A stretch of DNA of 64,000 nucleotides, from positions 110,982,001 through 111,046,000 of the forward strand of contig NW_024704742.1 in assembly GCF_018977255.1 (NCBI RefSeq), in the 5' to 3' direction. This DNA is from Callorhinchus milii. Its lineage: Eukaryota. The notes under the pieces are model-generated. The model was given only the letters and a program-made list of their open reading frames with translations, was not told the origin of the DNA and did not search any database. Made by a program: the position numbers and the translations under genes. Of the stretch, positions 11,536 to 23,681 are shown piece after piece (positions within the stretch are counted from its first letter, which is position 1; the number at the start of each line of letters is the position of its first letter).

Positions 11536-12965
11536 ACACCATCTAATATAAGTAACATTGCCTACATATACACAGTCACTACAGTTTATAGTAAATTCTG
11601 TGATGTGTTGGGAGATGTTTTAACACCGTGATAAAGTGTTATATCAAATGCAAGGGTTATTTTATTATTTTATATTAGTTTTGGTCCAGGCTTTGTAACC
11701 TATCTGACTAATTTATTTCATACTACAAATTTGTTTGCTAATTCTAATGCCAATGACCAATGATACACTTCCCAATTTCTTTAATAGAGCTTATTGTTAA
11801 CTATTCTATTGCTATTTGTCAGTTATGAAGGTCCAATGTCCATTGAGTTTATGCTCTCTTTCACTCATGTTTTTATGAGTTTTTTTTGTTGTACATTTGT
11901 AAACATTACAATTGAACAGTATTGGGGCAGAAAATGCAGTTTGCAACAAAATATTTAGCACATTAAAAGCAAGATTTTTTAATATGTTCAGGTAAGGAGC
12001 AGGCTCAATTAATCATAGAATGCAATGCGTCAATGTTGTACTGAATCACACGTGACTGGATGTGAAATTGCACTTTAGAATTCCTCTTACTGTGAATTGT
12101 TGATTTCCGCTAACTGTTCTAAAGCTTGAAATTTCTCATGGTCTTAGCCTCAAGACTATTGTATAAAATATAAGATCATGCAGAATATTTTTAAATTCTG
12201 AAATTCCATCTCAATTTAGTTTGGAATTCTTAAAAAGAACAGCTGTGTCTTAAATCCATTAAATTCCATAGTGGCCCATGTCCAGATTGCAACTATTGCA
12301 TTTATACCCATTGCACTCAGCTACTGGTGGAAGCTGGGAAATAAACAGCATGGATACAGCTGACCCACTTAGCAGACCCTGCCTGGAGTGGAAGAGAGGG
12401 CTGATTTAGGAAGAACTACGGAAGTTGCTTAGAAGAGCTGGTAGGAAGCAACAACAACAACAAAATACATTCATATAGCACTTTTCACATCGGGAGGACA
12501 TCCCTCAGCACCCAAAGTGAACTTGGAGAAGAGCATACAAATGAGCTGACATCTTTGCTGGTGGTGCATCTAACATCGATTTATTTGTTTTCTTGTTAAC
12601 TATGGTTGACAGCAATGCTCTTCCTCCACACCAATCCCTGTTACATTTTAGACCCATTGCCATCCACCAATAATGGAAGGTGGAAAATGTGCAATGTAAA
12701 TATATCATCAGTGTGCTGATCTATTCCATCTATTCTATTTATCTAGAATATCATGCATTTCACATTCCTACGCAAACCCTGGTTTACAGAATCTCTGAAT
12801 GAGTCAATATAAAGTTTTGTCTGAAGCATGTTCCAGAGTATGAGAAGGAAACAGTTTTGATCATAACAAATTGGATTGTTCCACAATATATTACTTCTGT
12901 ACACAACTCAGATGCGTTGACAGAGGTACTTATATAATAATAATAATGCTTTCATTTGATATAAT

Positions 12966-13293
12966 GTGGAGTCCTGTAGCTCAGTGGCTAGAGCACTCGC
13001 TTTGCAAGTGAGAGACCTGAGTTCAATTCCAGGCAGGGCGAAACCTTGGGCAAGTTTCCTTACTCCACACGCCTAATAATAATCCCTCCAAAAACCCAAA
13101 ACAATAATAAATTGGTCATTTTCAATCTACGACTGTTTGTGGGACATTGCTGTGCGCAATTGGTTGCCGCGTTCGCCCACAAATATACAGTCAATTCACT
13201 TTACAGTGTGTTCTGTGAAGCGCTTTGGGACGTCCTCCTGACGTGAAAAGCGCTATATCAAATGCAAGGATTATTATTATTATTATTATTATT
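12966..13293 (+). mobile_element. Young tRNA-Ala SINE, short form, full length
   Basis: GTGGAGTCCTGTAGCTCAGTGG...GTTCAATTCC head through to (ATT)n; near-identical to 32534-32849. Confidence 0.88.
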
Positions 13294-13349
13294 AACGCCT
13301 TATCATGTCAAACAGATGTCTCAAAGTGCTTCATAGAATTTAATGTAAA

Positions 13350-14140
13350 CAGCAACAAAATTATATTTGTATAGCGCCTGTCACGTCGGGAGGATGTCCC
13401 AAGGCGCTGGACAGTCAGAGTTGCGGACCTGAGCTGGGGGTCAGGATTGAGGAGGGTGGAGGGCAGGAGGGGAAGCAGGGTGATCGAAAGCTTGGTCAAA
13501 CAGGGGAGTCTTGAAATGGGTCTTGAAGGAGACAAGGGAGGGGGCGAGGTGGACGGACTGTAAGATGGAGATCCAGAGAGTGGAGGCAGCTTGGCAGAAG
13601 ACCCGCACGCCAATGGTGGGGTGGGCTGAAGTTGGGTACGTGAAGCAGGCCGGAAGCCCCTGAGCAGAGGGAAGGGGTAGGATGGTAGGGGGAAGCGTTA
13701 GGAGATCACAGAGGTAGGGGGGAGCAAGAACATGGAGGGCTTTGAAAGTGAGGACCAGGATCTTGAACTGTATCCTCTGTGTGATGGGGAGCCAGTGGAG
13801 TCTGGTGAGAATGGGCATGATAGGGGCAAGGAGCCTGGTGAGGGAGAATAGTTCTGGATGATCTGCAGCCTATGGGGTGAGGAGTTGGGGAAGCTGACAA
13901 GCAAGGAGTTTGCATAGTCGAGTCTCGATGTAATGAATGCATGTATGAGTGTTTCGGTGGCTTGTGGTGTGAGACAGTGGTGGTGCCGGGCGGTGTTGCG
14001 GAGGTGGGGGAAGGCAGAGCGGGTTATGGCATGGATGTGGGGTAGAAAGGATAGTTGAGGGTCAAACAAGATGTCAAGGTTCTGGACTGGTTTAGTAAGG
14101 TGGAGTTTGCAACCATGGATGGTGATGCTGTCAGCACCTG
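13350..14140 (-). mobile_element. L2 LINE 3' fragment
   Basis: FDPQLSFLPHI...[19 protein letters not shown]...LHWLPITQRIQFKIL; L2 tail at the left end. Confidence 0.88.
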
Positions 14141-14179
14141 AGGTGTGGAGGTTCTGATGGGAGCCAATCAGGAAAGTTC

Positions 14180-14501
14180 AGTGACTTTTTATTTGAGGAT
14201 GATTGTAGCAGCCATATGTACACAAAAATGTCCTTCAAACAGCCATGAAGTGAGTGACCAGTTTTATCTGGGGGATTGTTTGCCAGGACACCAGGAAGAA
14301 AAACCTTTCTCGTTTAAAATAGTGACTTGGGAATTTTAATGTTCACCTGAATAGGAGACTAGACCTCAGTTCAATGTCTCATCCAAAGGACACACTGTAA
14401 GCACGACTTGGACTATCAGCATATATGAGTTCCAAATTCTGATGTAGTGCTTGAACCCACAGCCTTTTGATTCAGAGGTGAGAGTGCTATCAAATGAGCC
14501 A
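14180..14501 (-). mobile_element. Old Deu-SINE head and body, whose tail lies at 12931-12965 and 13294-13349 (other old copies at ~27995-28350 +, ~31555-31840 -, ~32970-33530 +, ~34630-34895 -, ~38910-39250 +, ~43010-43345 +)
   Basis: Collinear pieces separated by a young SINE and an L2. Confidence 0.65.
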
Positions 14502-15756
14502 GACTTCCACACATTGAGGCAGCTGATGTGCTAGAGTTCCCCAAAGCAGATCAATTGTTCGTTCATCTCATTGCTGCTTGCAGGACCTTGCTGGTACAGT
14601 TAGCAGCCCCCTTTGACTGCAATAATCACTACAACATCACTCATGTGAAGCTCTTTGAGAGTCTTGGAATGATAAGGGGAAATATCAAGTGGAAAGTATA
14701 ATATTATTATTGTTCTGCTATGAAACTGCTATATAAGGTAAGTACTCTTAAGTGAGAGGTTTGCTAGTTCCTGTGGAACCATACCCTGGGCCAAGAAAAA
14801 TTGGTGCCTTCAAGAGAATAAGGAAGAAATTTGGAAGTGATAAAAATATTTCATTTGGGCACCCGTACACAAATGGCCAATTTTCTCAAAGGTGAATGCA
14901 GCTTTATTGGACATATGAAACCCTTCCCTACCTCCACCTATGGAAGCCTTCCTCTGAATAACATTGCTGTTGATTCTAAGCACCTTTTAAGCAGGCTTTA
15001 CTTCAGTCTGTTGTGCAGCATGTATAAAATCTAAGAAAATAAACTGACAGAGAAGGTGTTTAATTTTCAGAAGATTACGAGAGAGGTATGGATGAAGGAA
15101 ATCCCTCAGTCCATTTGATCTCATCCTTTCAGAACACCCACTCGACCGTACTCCTATAACGGCATCACGCAGCATTTTTAAATGAGCCCAGTGTAAGGCC
15201 TCAACTCCCTGTCCTGTGGTTTATCATAGATTCTTACTAATGTTACTGCCAGACCGGACAATTGTGACTTAACTGTTTTTAACAGAGTATAAATTTATTC
15301 CTTTTAGCCAACTGGTATTGTAGAATGTGTTGTGAATATGTTGAGATGCCAACAATGTGACGAATTGCTTACAGGGCTTCACACAAAGCTGGCTCCTGTG
15401 TCCATTTACAACGCAGAAATATGACAACACATTTGTGTGATCCTCAGGTAGCGACAGTATCAGGCAAGCAACTCGTAGAAAGTCTGTTTTCAGATTTTAT
15501 CAGCTGTGCTTTGTGTAAATATCTTTGTGCAGCGATTCAAACAGTGGAACAAATATTTACAGACGCTGAGTGGCTTGTAAATTTCCAGAAAGATTCGTGA
15601 TAAACTCCATTCTCACATCAGACTCTACATTTCACTATTGAATTTTAGTGATCTGGGAGATCTGAGCACCTCCAGTGATTAGGCAGGCGCTGTGAATGCC
15701 ACAATATTTCACCATAGAGAAACATATGTGTATTACCTCATTCATCATTGTGTCCA

Positions 15757-16185
15757 CAGTATTCTATGGCATTGCTAATGATAGACCAGCCAAACTGGCT
15801 CATCGGTAAGAGAGGTAGTACAGTCACTTGGAGTCAGGATGCTTCACACTTAGCTTCACTTAATCAAAGTCCTAATGGGAAGAGTGGTCCTAGCTAGACA
15901 AGTAGCTAGAAGGTTGCCAGACAGTGTAATTTATACATTTATAACTGGTTGAACTTTAGCAGTACCTCAACACACAATCTGGGGTCCCAAGCCTTGACTC
16001 TTGCCAACCTGCACCTAATACTCTCAGGAGTTAGGTAAGCAGGATGCATCCCTCCAGAGAAAGAGTGGGTATTCCATTCCAAACACAAGGATATTTCCTT
16101 GTGTAGGTGGCAAAGATATGTGGAATTTTCAATCTGGTTTGGATACTCTTAGCATGGTAATGGGCTTCCTTATGTATCAAACAAT
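15757..16185 (+). repeat. Unclassified dispersed repeat (family X), copy
   Basis: Aligns by eye with 27635-27975, with the reverse complement of 49480-49882, and with 2745-2828 joined to 3731-3860. Confidence 0.72.
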
Positions 16186-17109
16186 GGGCTGACCCCCCCA
16201 AAAATATAAGGAGAACATTGTCTCTTTATAGCGCAAATAATACATGGATATACAACATGGATTTCAATTCCACATTTCTGCTCTTGTGGGATAACTATCT
16301 TTTTCCTGCTACATACATCACCCACACCAATTACATGAGTGCTCTATGTGTAGAAAGCACATCTATTACCTCAGCCAGTAAGGGTACTCGTGTACACATT
16401 GTAGAATGTATACATTATAGTTCTGTTTGTATGTAAAATCGCCTTGGTTATACTACGTTTTCAGGCTAAGGTAGGTAAGGTAATGACTCATCCTCTATCA
16501 CTATAATTTTCCTCCCACTGACTTTTATTATGTAGGAGGCCAGATCACTCCTCAGCCCAAGGGATTAATACTGATTATAATATCCCTATTACTTGAGACT
16601 TGCAAACTCAGCATAAACCAGGACTTAAACATAGGTTCTTCCTGATCTGCTCGGTTGAGGGCCACACCAATTATTCCTGAGGCAATGGAGCAATGAATCA
16701 GTGCATCTTAAAAAGGCATGGCGAAGGCATCTGAGTGTGATGATATGACTCAGAAATTCTGGTGGAGAATCCTGTCAACCTGGTCAGCAAGGATACCAGT
16801 TTCTAGGAATCATGCTTGAAATTAAGGCAAGTATCGAGATAAGCCTTGAATAAATTTTAAGGCCATGAAATCAAGCATTTTAATAGAGCAAACAGAATCT
16901 CTCTTTATACAAGTTAGCACATGAATTCAATGTCAGTCTGCCATGGTGAATGGGAGGCATATCTCTACATTTAGGAACTACTTTATTCTCAGTTGGTAGT
17001 TTCAGTAGTGTTGTGTGCAGTCTGTATCAGAAGGGTATCAGCTAATGCCTGTAAACCCATATTACTTTGCTTCCAACATTCATCAGCATCCTGTTAGGTT
17101 TATATTACA

Positions 17110-17587
17110 CTAGCTGTACCCATTGCAGCTACGCTTGCAACCGAAGGATCCAATATGAAATGTAGATTGACACACAGACAGCTATTTCATCTTTATACTC
17201 ATCTGAGAGGACTCCTATGGAAAGACTCCTTTTGGGAGGACGCAATGGGAGGACTCAGTACTTCAAAAATGTAATTTTGTTGTTGTTGCCATGGCTTAGC
17301 TTTGTCTGTGTTCTTTATTTTGTTCCCGCCATTTGGCTATGTGCGTACTCTGTGACGAAGGATTTCACAGTGCCACTTTGAATCAGCAGCCACCAGGTGT
17401 AACTGAAGCAAAAAACGCAAAACTGAAAATGACTCATGAAGGATAGGAGATCCCTGAAAACAAATATGCCCACATCACTCCCAGCCGCAAGAGCTTTTCG
17501 ATGAGGTATAAATCATGTCTCTACGTCAATCATTTATTGAGATCCTTCTTGAAGCGCAGACAGACATTGTCATTTTATTAGTATAGA
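17110..17587 (-). mobile_element. Non-autonomous Helitron-like element, copy 1
   Basis: Minus strand reads A|TCTATACTAATAAAATGAC ... CGGTTGCAAGCGTAGCTGCAATGGGTACAGCTAG|T: 5' TC, subterminal hairpin, 3' CTAG, A|T target and no TSD. Homologous to 52234-52844. Confidence 0.78.
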
Positions 17588-17739
17588 TTAGAAGCCCCAC
17601 ATGGTTGGGTAGCACCCTCACTTCTGAGTCAATTGGATTTCAGCCTCAAGTCAGGACTTTGAGCTCATAGTATCGGTTGACACGTCAATGCTGGCAGTCT
17701 AAGAATCTACCTCACATGTATAGCACTATATAATCATAA

Positions 17740-18266
17740 ATCATTCAGAATTCTGCAGCTCGTGTACTGTCCCATACCAGGCTTCGCCACATCACTCCCA
17801 CCCTCGCTCGCCTCCACTGGCTCCCCATCCCCCAGAGGATCGAATTCAAGATCCTCATCCTCACCTACAAGGCCATTCATGGCCTTGCACCCTCCTACCT
17901 CTCCGACCTACTATCCCCCCACATACCTGCCCGTACCCTCCGTCTGCTCCACATCCCCCGCCCTAACCGCCCTACCATCGGTGGCCGGGCTTTCAGCCTC
18001 TCAGCCCCTGGGCGCTGGAATTCCATCCCCCAATGCCTTCGCCTTGCTTCCTCCCTTTCCTTCTTCAAGGCCGGTCTCAAGACCTTTCTCTTCAACCGTG
18101 CCTTCAGTTCCCCTCTCGACTCTCTACTCCCTCCTCGATCCCTCCCTTCCCTCCCCTCACCCTGACCATTTCCCCCATCCTCGGGTCCCGACCCATCTGT
18201 CTAGCGCCTTGGGACGTCCTCCCGACGTGAAAGGTGCTCTCTGCATGCAATCTTGTTGTTGTTGTA
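17740..18266 (+). mobile_element. Young L2 3' fragment
   Basis: High identity to 31031-31551, 36551-37099 and 37906-38357; stem-loop tail plus (TTG)n. Confidence 0.88.
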
Positions 18267-18269
18267 AAT

Positions 18270-19050
18270 AATAATAATCCTAATAATAATCCTTGAATTT
18301 GATATAGAGCCTTATCATTTCATCAAAACTTCTCAAAGCGCTTCATAGCATATACTGTAAACTGGTTTTGATTGTGTGTTTTGTGGGTGAAATGAGGCAG
18401 TCAGTTGTGCATAGCATATCCCACAAACAGCCATGAAATCAATGACTCATTTTATTTGGGGGATTTATTGGCCAACACACCAGGAGAATCTCCCTTCTCT
18501 TTTCAAATAGTGTCTTGGGATCTGTAATGTCCATCAAGCAAAGCAAATGGGACCTCAGTTTAATGTCTTATCCCATGGCACCTTTGTCAATGCAACACCC
18601 CCACCCTCCCCCACCCCACCCCGTACTACATTGGAGGGTGAGCTTAGACAATGTGATTCCAAATCCCGATGTGGGCCTTGAACCCACAGTCTTGTAACTC
18701 AGAGGTGAGAATACACCAGGTTGACAAATGCAACTTGTTGTTAGAGGTGCTGTTCTTCAGATGAGACGTTAAATCAAGGTCTTGTCTGTCTGTTCCAGGG
18801 AACATTAAAGATCCTGTGGCACTATTTAAAAAAGAAGGGAGTTTCTCTTCGTGTCCAAACCAACTATTATCCAGGTAACATTGATAATTCACTTCATAGT
18901 TGTTTATGGTATATTGCTGTGCGTAAACTGACTGCTGCATTCACCTACAAATACACAGTGACTCATATAGTGACTCATGTGAAGCACACTGACACATTCA
19001 ACAATGTGTAAAGGCTGTATCAAATACAAGGAATATTTTATTATTTTATG
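18270..19050. mobile_element. Two old Deu-SINEs in divergent orientation (~18270-18720 -, ~18735-19050 +)
   Basis: Both show the SacSINE-like body, Deu core and tail. Confidence 0.68.
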
Positions 19051-19124
19051 CTTGTAATCTTGATCAGGTGTATGTAACCTGCCTGGCTAATTTCCTTAAT
19101 AGAACTGATTGTTAACTGTTCTTA

Positions 19125-19505
19125 TAAAAACATATAAGATTCTTATGGGGCTTGACAGAGTAGACAGTGCAAGACTATTTCCCCTGGTAGGAGAATCTAG
19201 AACTGGGGGTCACAGTCTTAAGATTAAGGGACAGCCCTTTCGAACAGAGTTGAGGAGATACTTCTTCACTCAGAGAGTAGTGAATTTATGGAATTCCCTA
19301 CCCTAGAAGGCTGTAGATGCTCAATCCTTGAACATATTCAAGACTGAGATTGATGGGTTTCTAAAGGATAGATGGATTAATGGATATGGGGATAAGGCGG
19401 GCAGATGGAATTAGGTTAGAAGATCAGCCATGATCTTATTGAATGGTGGGGCCGGCTCGAGGGGCCAAATGGCCTATTATTTGCTCCTAATTCCTATGTT
19501 CCTAC
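19125..19505 (+). mobile_element. CR1 3' fragment, same subfamily as 23697-24542
   Basis: TYKILMGLDRVD...GESRTGGHSLKI...FFTQRVVNLWNSLP; tail ATTCCTATGTTCCTA. Confidence 0.87.
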
Positions 19506-20324
19506 CGCTATTTGTCAGTTACAAAGGTCGAATGCCTCATGTTCTCTTTCACTCATTTTTTTATGATTCTCTTTTTTGTTGTTGTACCTTTATATACATT
19601 AAAAATGGACCATAAGGGAGGTGAAAATGCAGTTTGAAATTAACAGTTACCATATCACTTAGAATTTTTCGCACTTTATATACAAAAGATTTACCATCAA
19701 AGGAAATGGTGTATTGCTACTTGAATTCAGAGACACTCTCACTGTCAGTTAATTAATTTCAGATCTTGGGCAAGATGTCACAACGTTGATCCCAATGCTC
19801 TTTTGCTGATCAAATGAACAACAGCAGACTTGCCTAGCCCAGGATAAATGAACAGAATTCTCCCTCATTGACTTGGATAGGGGCAGAAATTCATTCCAAA
19901 TCTTTAACACATGGATGCTCCACTGAGTGCCATAATGCTGGTAGCCCTCAATTATCAGCATTGCACATTGGTAATGTCTGCCTTCTTGCTATTGACTTCC
20001 TTCTGAGCACTCAATAGTTTTCAGGCAAATCAACACAGGATTGGTTTGAGAAGTCATTCTGCACAGAGCATGGTTCATTTTGAAAAATACTGGGAAACGC
20101 CATGTTTACACTTAATACTCAGTCCCTATTCTAAAATCTTATCCCTGTTTTAACCATAAACATTTCTGGGCACTGCCCTCAGCCTATTTATCTGCATTCA
20201 TGCTCAATATTTCCACTGCCATGTTTTTCCATGCTGATGCTCATTTTGTCTGACATTGACAAACCTACAAAATTTGTAAACAAAATACACAGTCATTACA
20301 CTTTGCATATCCCAATTTGATGAC

Positions 20325-20886
20325 GCCTACTGCTTGCTCACTGGATCCAACTCTTCCCTCCACAAGCTGTAGATTATTCAGAAGTCTGCAGCTCATGTCC
20401 TCTCCACACAAGGCTCACAAATCGATCACTCCCATCCTTGCCAGCTTCACTGGCTCTGCATCCCTCAGAGAATCAAGTACAAAACTCTTATTCTCACCTT
20501 CAATCCCTCCATGGTCTTGTTCCCTGCTACCCCTGTGAGCTACTATCTCCATATCAGCCTGTCCGCTCCCTCCGCTTGGCAGACACCAGCCTGCTTCAGT
20601 CCTCCCGCCTCACCATTGGCAGTCGGGCATTCAGCATCTCTGCCCCACACTCTGGAACTCTATCCTGCAATCCCTCTACCTCACTCCTTCTCTTGCCTCC
20701 TTCAAGTCCTGTCTAAAGACTTTCCTCTTCAACTGGGCTTTTGGCCACCCTACCATACCCACCCCCCAGCCCTCCACTCCGCCTGACCCCAACTCTCAAC
20801 TTGAATCCCAAACCCCTGATTGTCCAGCGCCCTGGGACGTCTTTCCTATGTGAAGGGTGTTATACAAGTGTAATTTGTTGTTGTTT
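20325..20886 (+). mobile_element. Diverged L2 3' fragment
   Basis: SLHGLVPCY...TIGSRAFSISAP peptide; L2 tail. Confidence 0.8.
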
Positions 20887-21830
20887 ATAGTAAATCCTTT
20901 GACACACTTTGAGATGTCCTTCCAATGCAAACTTTGTTGTATCAAATGCAGATTATTATTAAGCCAATGTTTGTAATTTATCTTCATTGGAAAATTTTCA
21001 TTTTCATGTAATTCAACATTATTTTGAGGAGCCATCTGTAATACATCAAATTTAGATAATACATCTTAAGAGAACAGGACTGAGTAACTTTGTTGTACAG
21101 TTTGAGAGCAGTTTTCATAATTATAGATCATCTACACTGAGAAGAGTGTTGTGGTTCACCAATTGCTTTCCTGACAGGTAATCTTCCAATTGTAAACAGT
21201 GGAAAAAAAAACCTGAACGGAACATTTGCTTAGAGTGAGCCAAATGGATACAGTTTGGGCAGAATCCACAGAACAAACCCAATGGTTAGAATCATAGAAA
21301 TTTCCAGTACAGGAAGAGACCCTTCAGCCCATCATGTCTGCAGCAGCCCCCAGAACAAGCTGTCTATTCAACCCATTACCTATACCCTATCTCCATACCC
21401 TATATGTTATGTTTAGATAGATAAAAAAAACTTTTATGCTACAACACCAACAACATTTTGTATTTATATAGCGTCCTTCATGTCGAAAGGCATTTCAAAG
21501 CAATACAAGCAATATTCAGAGGTAACAGATAGGAGAAAACATAGGTAGCACCTCTGAACTGTTTCCACCAACTCATAGCCACCCTGTAGCGCTGCAACAC
21601 ATATATCTCGTCACACATTGGGGAAGGGAAGGTAGAAAAAAATCTCCCAAAATATATGAGGCCTTTGAGTTATAAATACATCAACTAAATGTATTTAGTG
21701 AGGCATAAACTAAAAAGAAATTAGGGAAGTGTTGCGGGAAATGAAACCTGTTCATTCTTTTCAAGGTTCTCTGCAATGTTACTCTGCTCTCAATGTGTTT
21801 TTTCAGTGGCATTAAAGACTATGCATTATT

Positions 21831-22137
21831 TGGAGTCCTGTAGCTCAGTGCTTAGAGCATTCGCCTTGCAAGCGAGACACCCGAGTTCAATTCCAGGCAG
21901 GGCGAAACCTTGGGCAAGTTTCCTTACTCCACATGCCTGATAATAATCCCTCCAAAACAAAACAATAATAAATTAGTCATTTTCAATCCAGGACACTGCT
22001 GTGCGCAATTGGCTGCCACGTTTTGCCCACAAATATACAGTCAATTCACTTTACAGTCTATTCTATGAAGCGCTTTGAGAGTTCTAGAAGATGTGAAAAG
22101 TGCTATATCAAATGCAAGGATTATTATTATTATTATT
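21831..22137 (+). mobile_element. tRNA-Ala SINE, short form, inserted in an older SINE remnant
   Basis: Full head to (ATT)n tail; the flanks rejoin to an older Deu-SINE body at a TTATTT site. Confidence 0.85.
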
Positions 22138-23043
22138 TGAAAAGGGAAGGGAAGTTTCTCCCAGTTTCCTAGCCATCTTCACCATGAGTTTGCCTTAGTG
22201 CGGTTTCAGTTGAGGATTGAATGTTTGTAATTAAAGAGAGTTTACATCCCTTCCAGGGCAGAAGTGTTTGGACAATAGGGTTGATAAATTGCTCCTCAGG
22301 AAAGCAGTGTTCCTGGTGCCTTGTAACTGGATCAAAGGATCATATACTGTAAATTGTGACTTCAGTAAGGAACTCCATGCATGATTTGCCAATTCCCTTC
22401 AAGGAACCCATGCCTTTAGTACATGGAATTTCCTGTAGGAGATGTAATTTATGTCTAGCTTTTAGCTGCCAATAATATTTGTGTTTTCTTGAGAAGCACT
22501 ATTTCATCTCCATATAACATGATTAATGATTCTCGGAAGAGTTGTTAAGGTGATTTTCTCACAAACTAACATGTCATGTATCTGCCAACTTCTTACTGAG
22601 ATGACACCATTCCCAGTTAGAGAGAAGATATGTTGAATCGCAGGACAATTAACAGCAGGCTTCAAACCAGAGAAGAAAATATTGGACCCATTGACCCATT
22701 GTTAGGGCTCTACTGTTGGCATAGAGCTCATAAGTGTCAGGATCTTGTTTTGCAAGGTAGCACCTTTTCTCCCTCACAGACCATTAATTTCTCCTATGTT
22801 TACGCCCAAGAGCATTATCAAAGTCGGGAATAGGAGGAGTGGAAGTTTGCATGAAAGATAAGCAGGCAAGGACTAGTTGAGTCGAATGGCTTGTTTCTAT
22901 GTTATATCATTCTATGTACAGGACAAAGAATGCACAGATATGTCCACACGTGTTAGTTTGTGTTTAAATGTTTTCAAAATGCTTTCCAGTGTTTATGGGA
23001 GATGTTTTCCTCCTTTATAAATAAGAACCAACTGCCAGAGTTA

Positions 23044-23067
23044 TGTTGTTGTTGTTGTTGTTGTTGT
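23044..23067. repeat. (TTG)n microsatellite
   Basis: About 8 units; no recognisable L2 body attached. Confidence 0.8.
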
Positions 23068-23681
23068 AAGTCATGCAAAAGCTTCTATGCTGCACTTGGG
23101 GTTGAGGCTAATGAGGTGTTCTTGAGCCATCGGCAGTCATGTTCACTGTGTCTCTCAATTGTGCTTCCGGCTCCTCTGCAGTTTGTAGTGACAGGAAAGC
23201 AAAACCAAGATTGCGCACTCTACCTGTCATTAAAACTGTGTTGTTTGCCTCTTAAAGTTTACAGTGGCAATTTGAGAACCAACTCACCCAGTTTCTTTTT
23301 TTAACAAAATGATTCAGCTCCTGCCTGCTGTTATGAAGCTTACAACTCAAGAGTTCTTTGCTGGTGTAACTGAAAGGTCAGGATGGTATACAGCTACTGC
23401 CAATAGTAATAGCCTGTTTTGCTAGGCCTCACTGTCACTTGGCCACACGGATGCTAAATGTTATATTAGAAGCATCTGTTTGCCCCATACAGGCAAGTAC
23501 AACTTATTGTGTGCAATCGGAGATCCTTCCCAGACTGTGCCTGACACTAGGGGATTCCATGTTGTAAGCAATAAACTGTATGTTGTGACCAAGGAAAAAA
23601 TGCATGACAATGAATTCCGGTGAAGGTATTGGTTTCTACAATGGCACTGACCTGAAATCTCGTTCTCTTCCTGATTTTCAG

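Noticed and set aside
12966..13040. tRNA-Ala-like cloverleaf heads (also at 6706, 9554, 21831, 30541, 32534, 59579)
   Set aside because: No proper acceptor stem, and each continues into the same SINE body and tail. They are SINE heads, not tRNA genes.
15775..15810. SECIS-like or hammerhead-like motif (ATGA...AAA; CTGATGA in the 49.8-kb copy)
   Set aside because: The required downstream GA pairing or GAAA core is absent, and there is no selenoprotein context.
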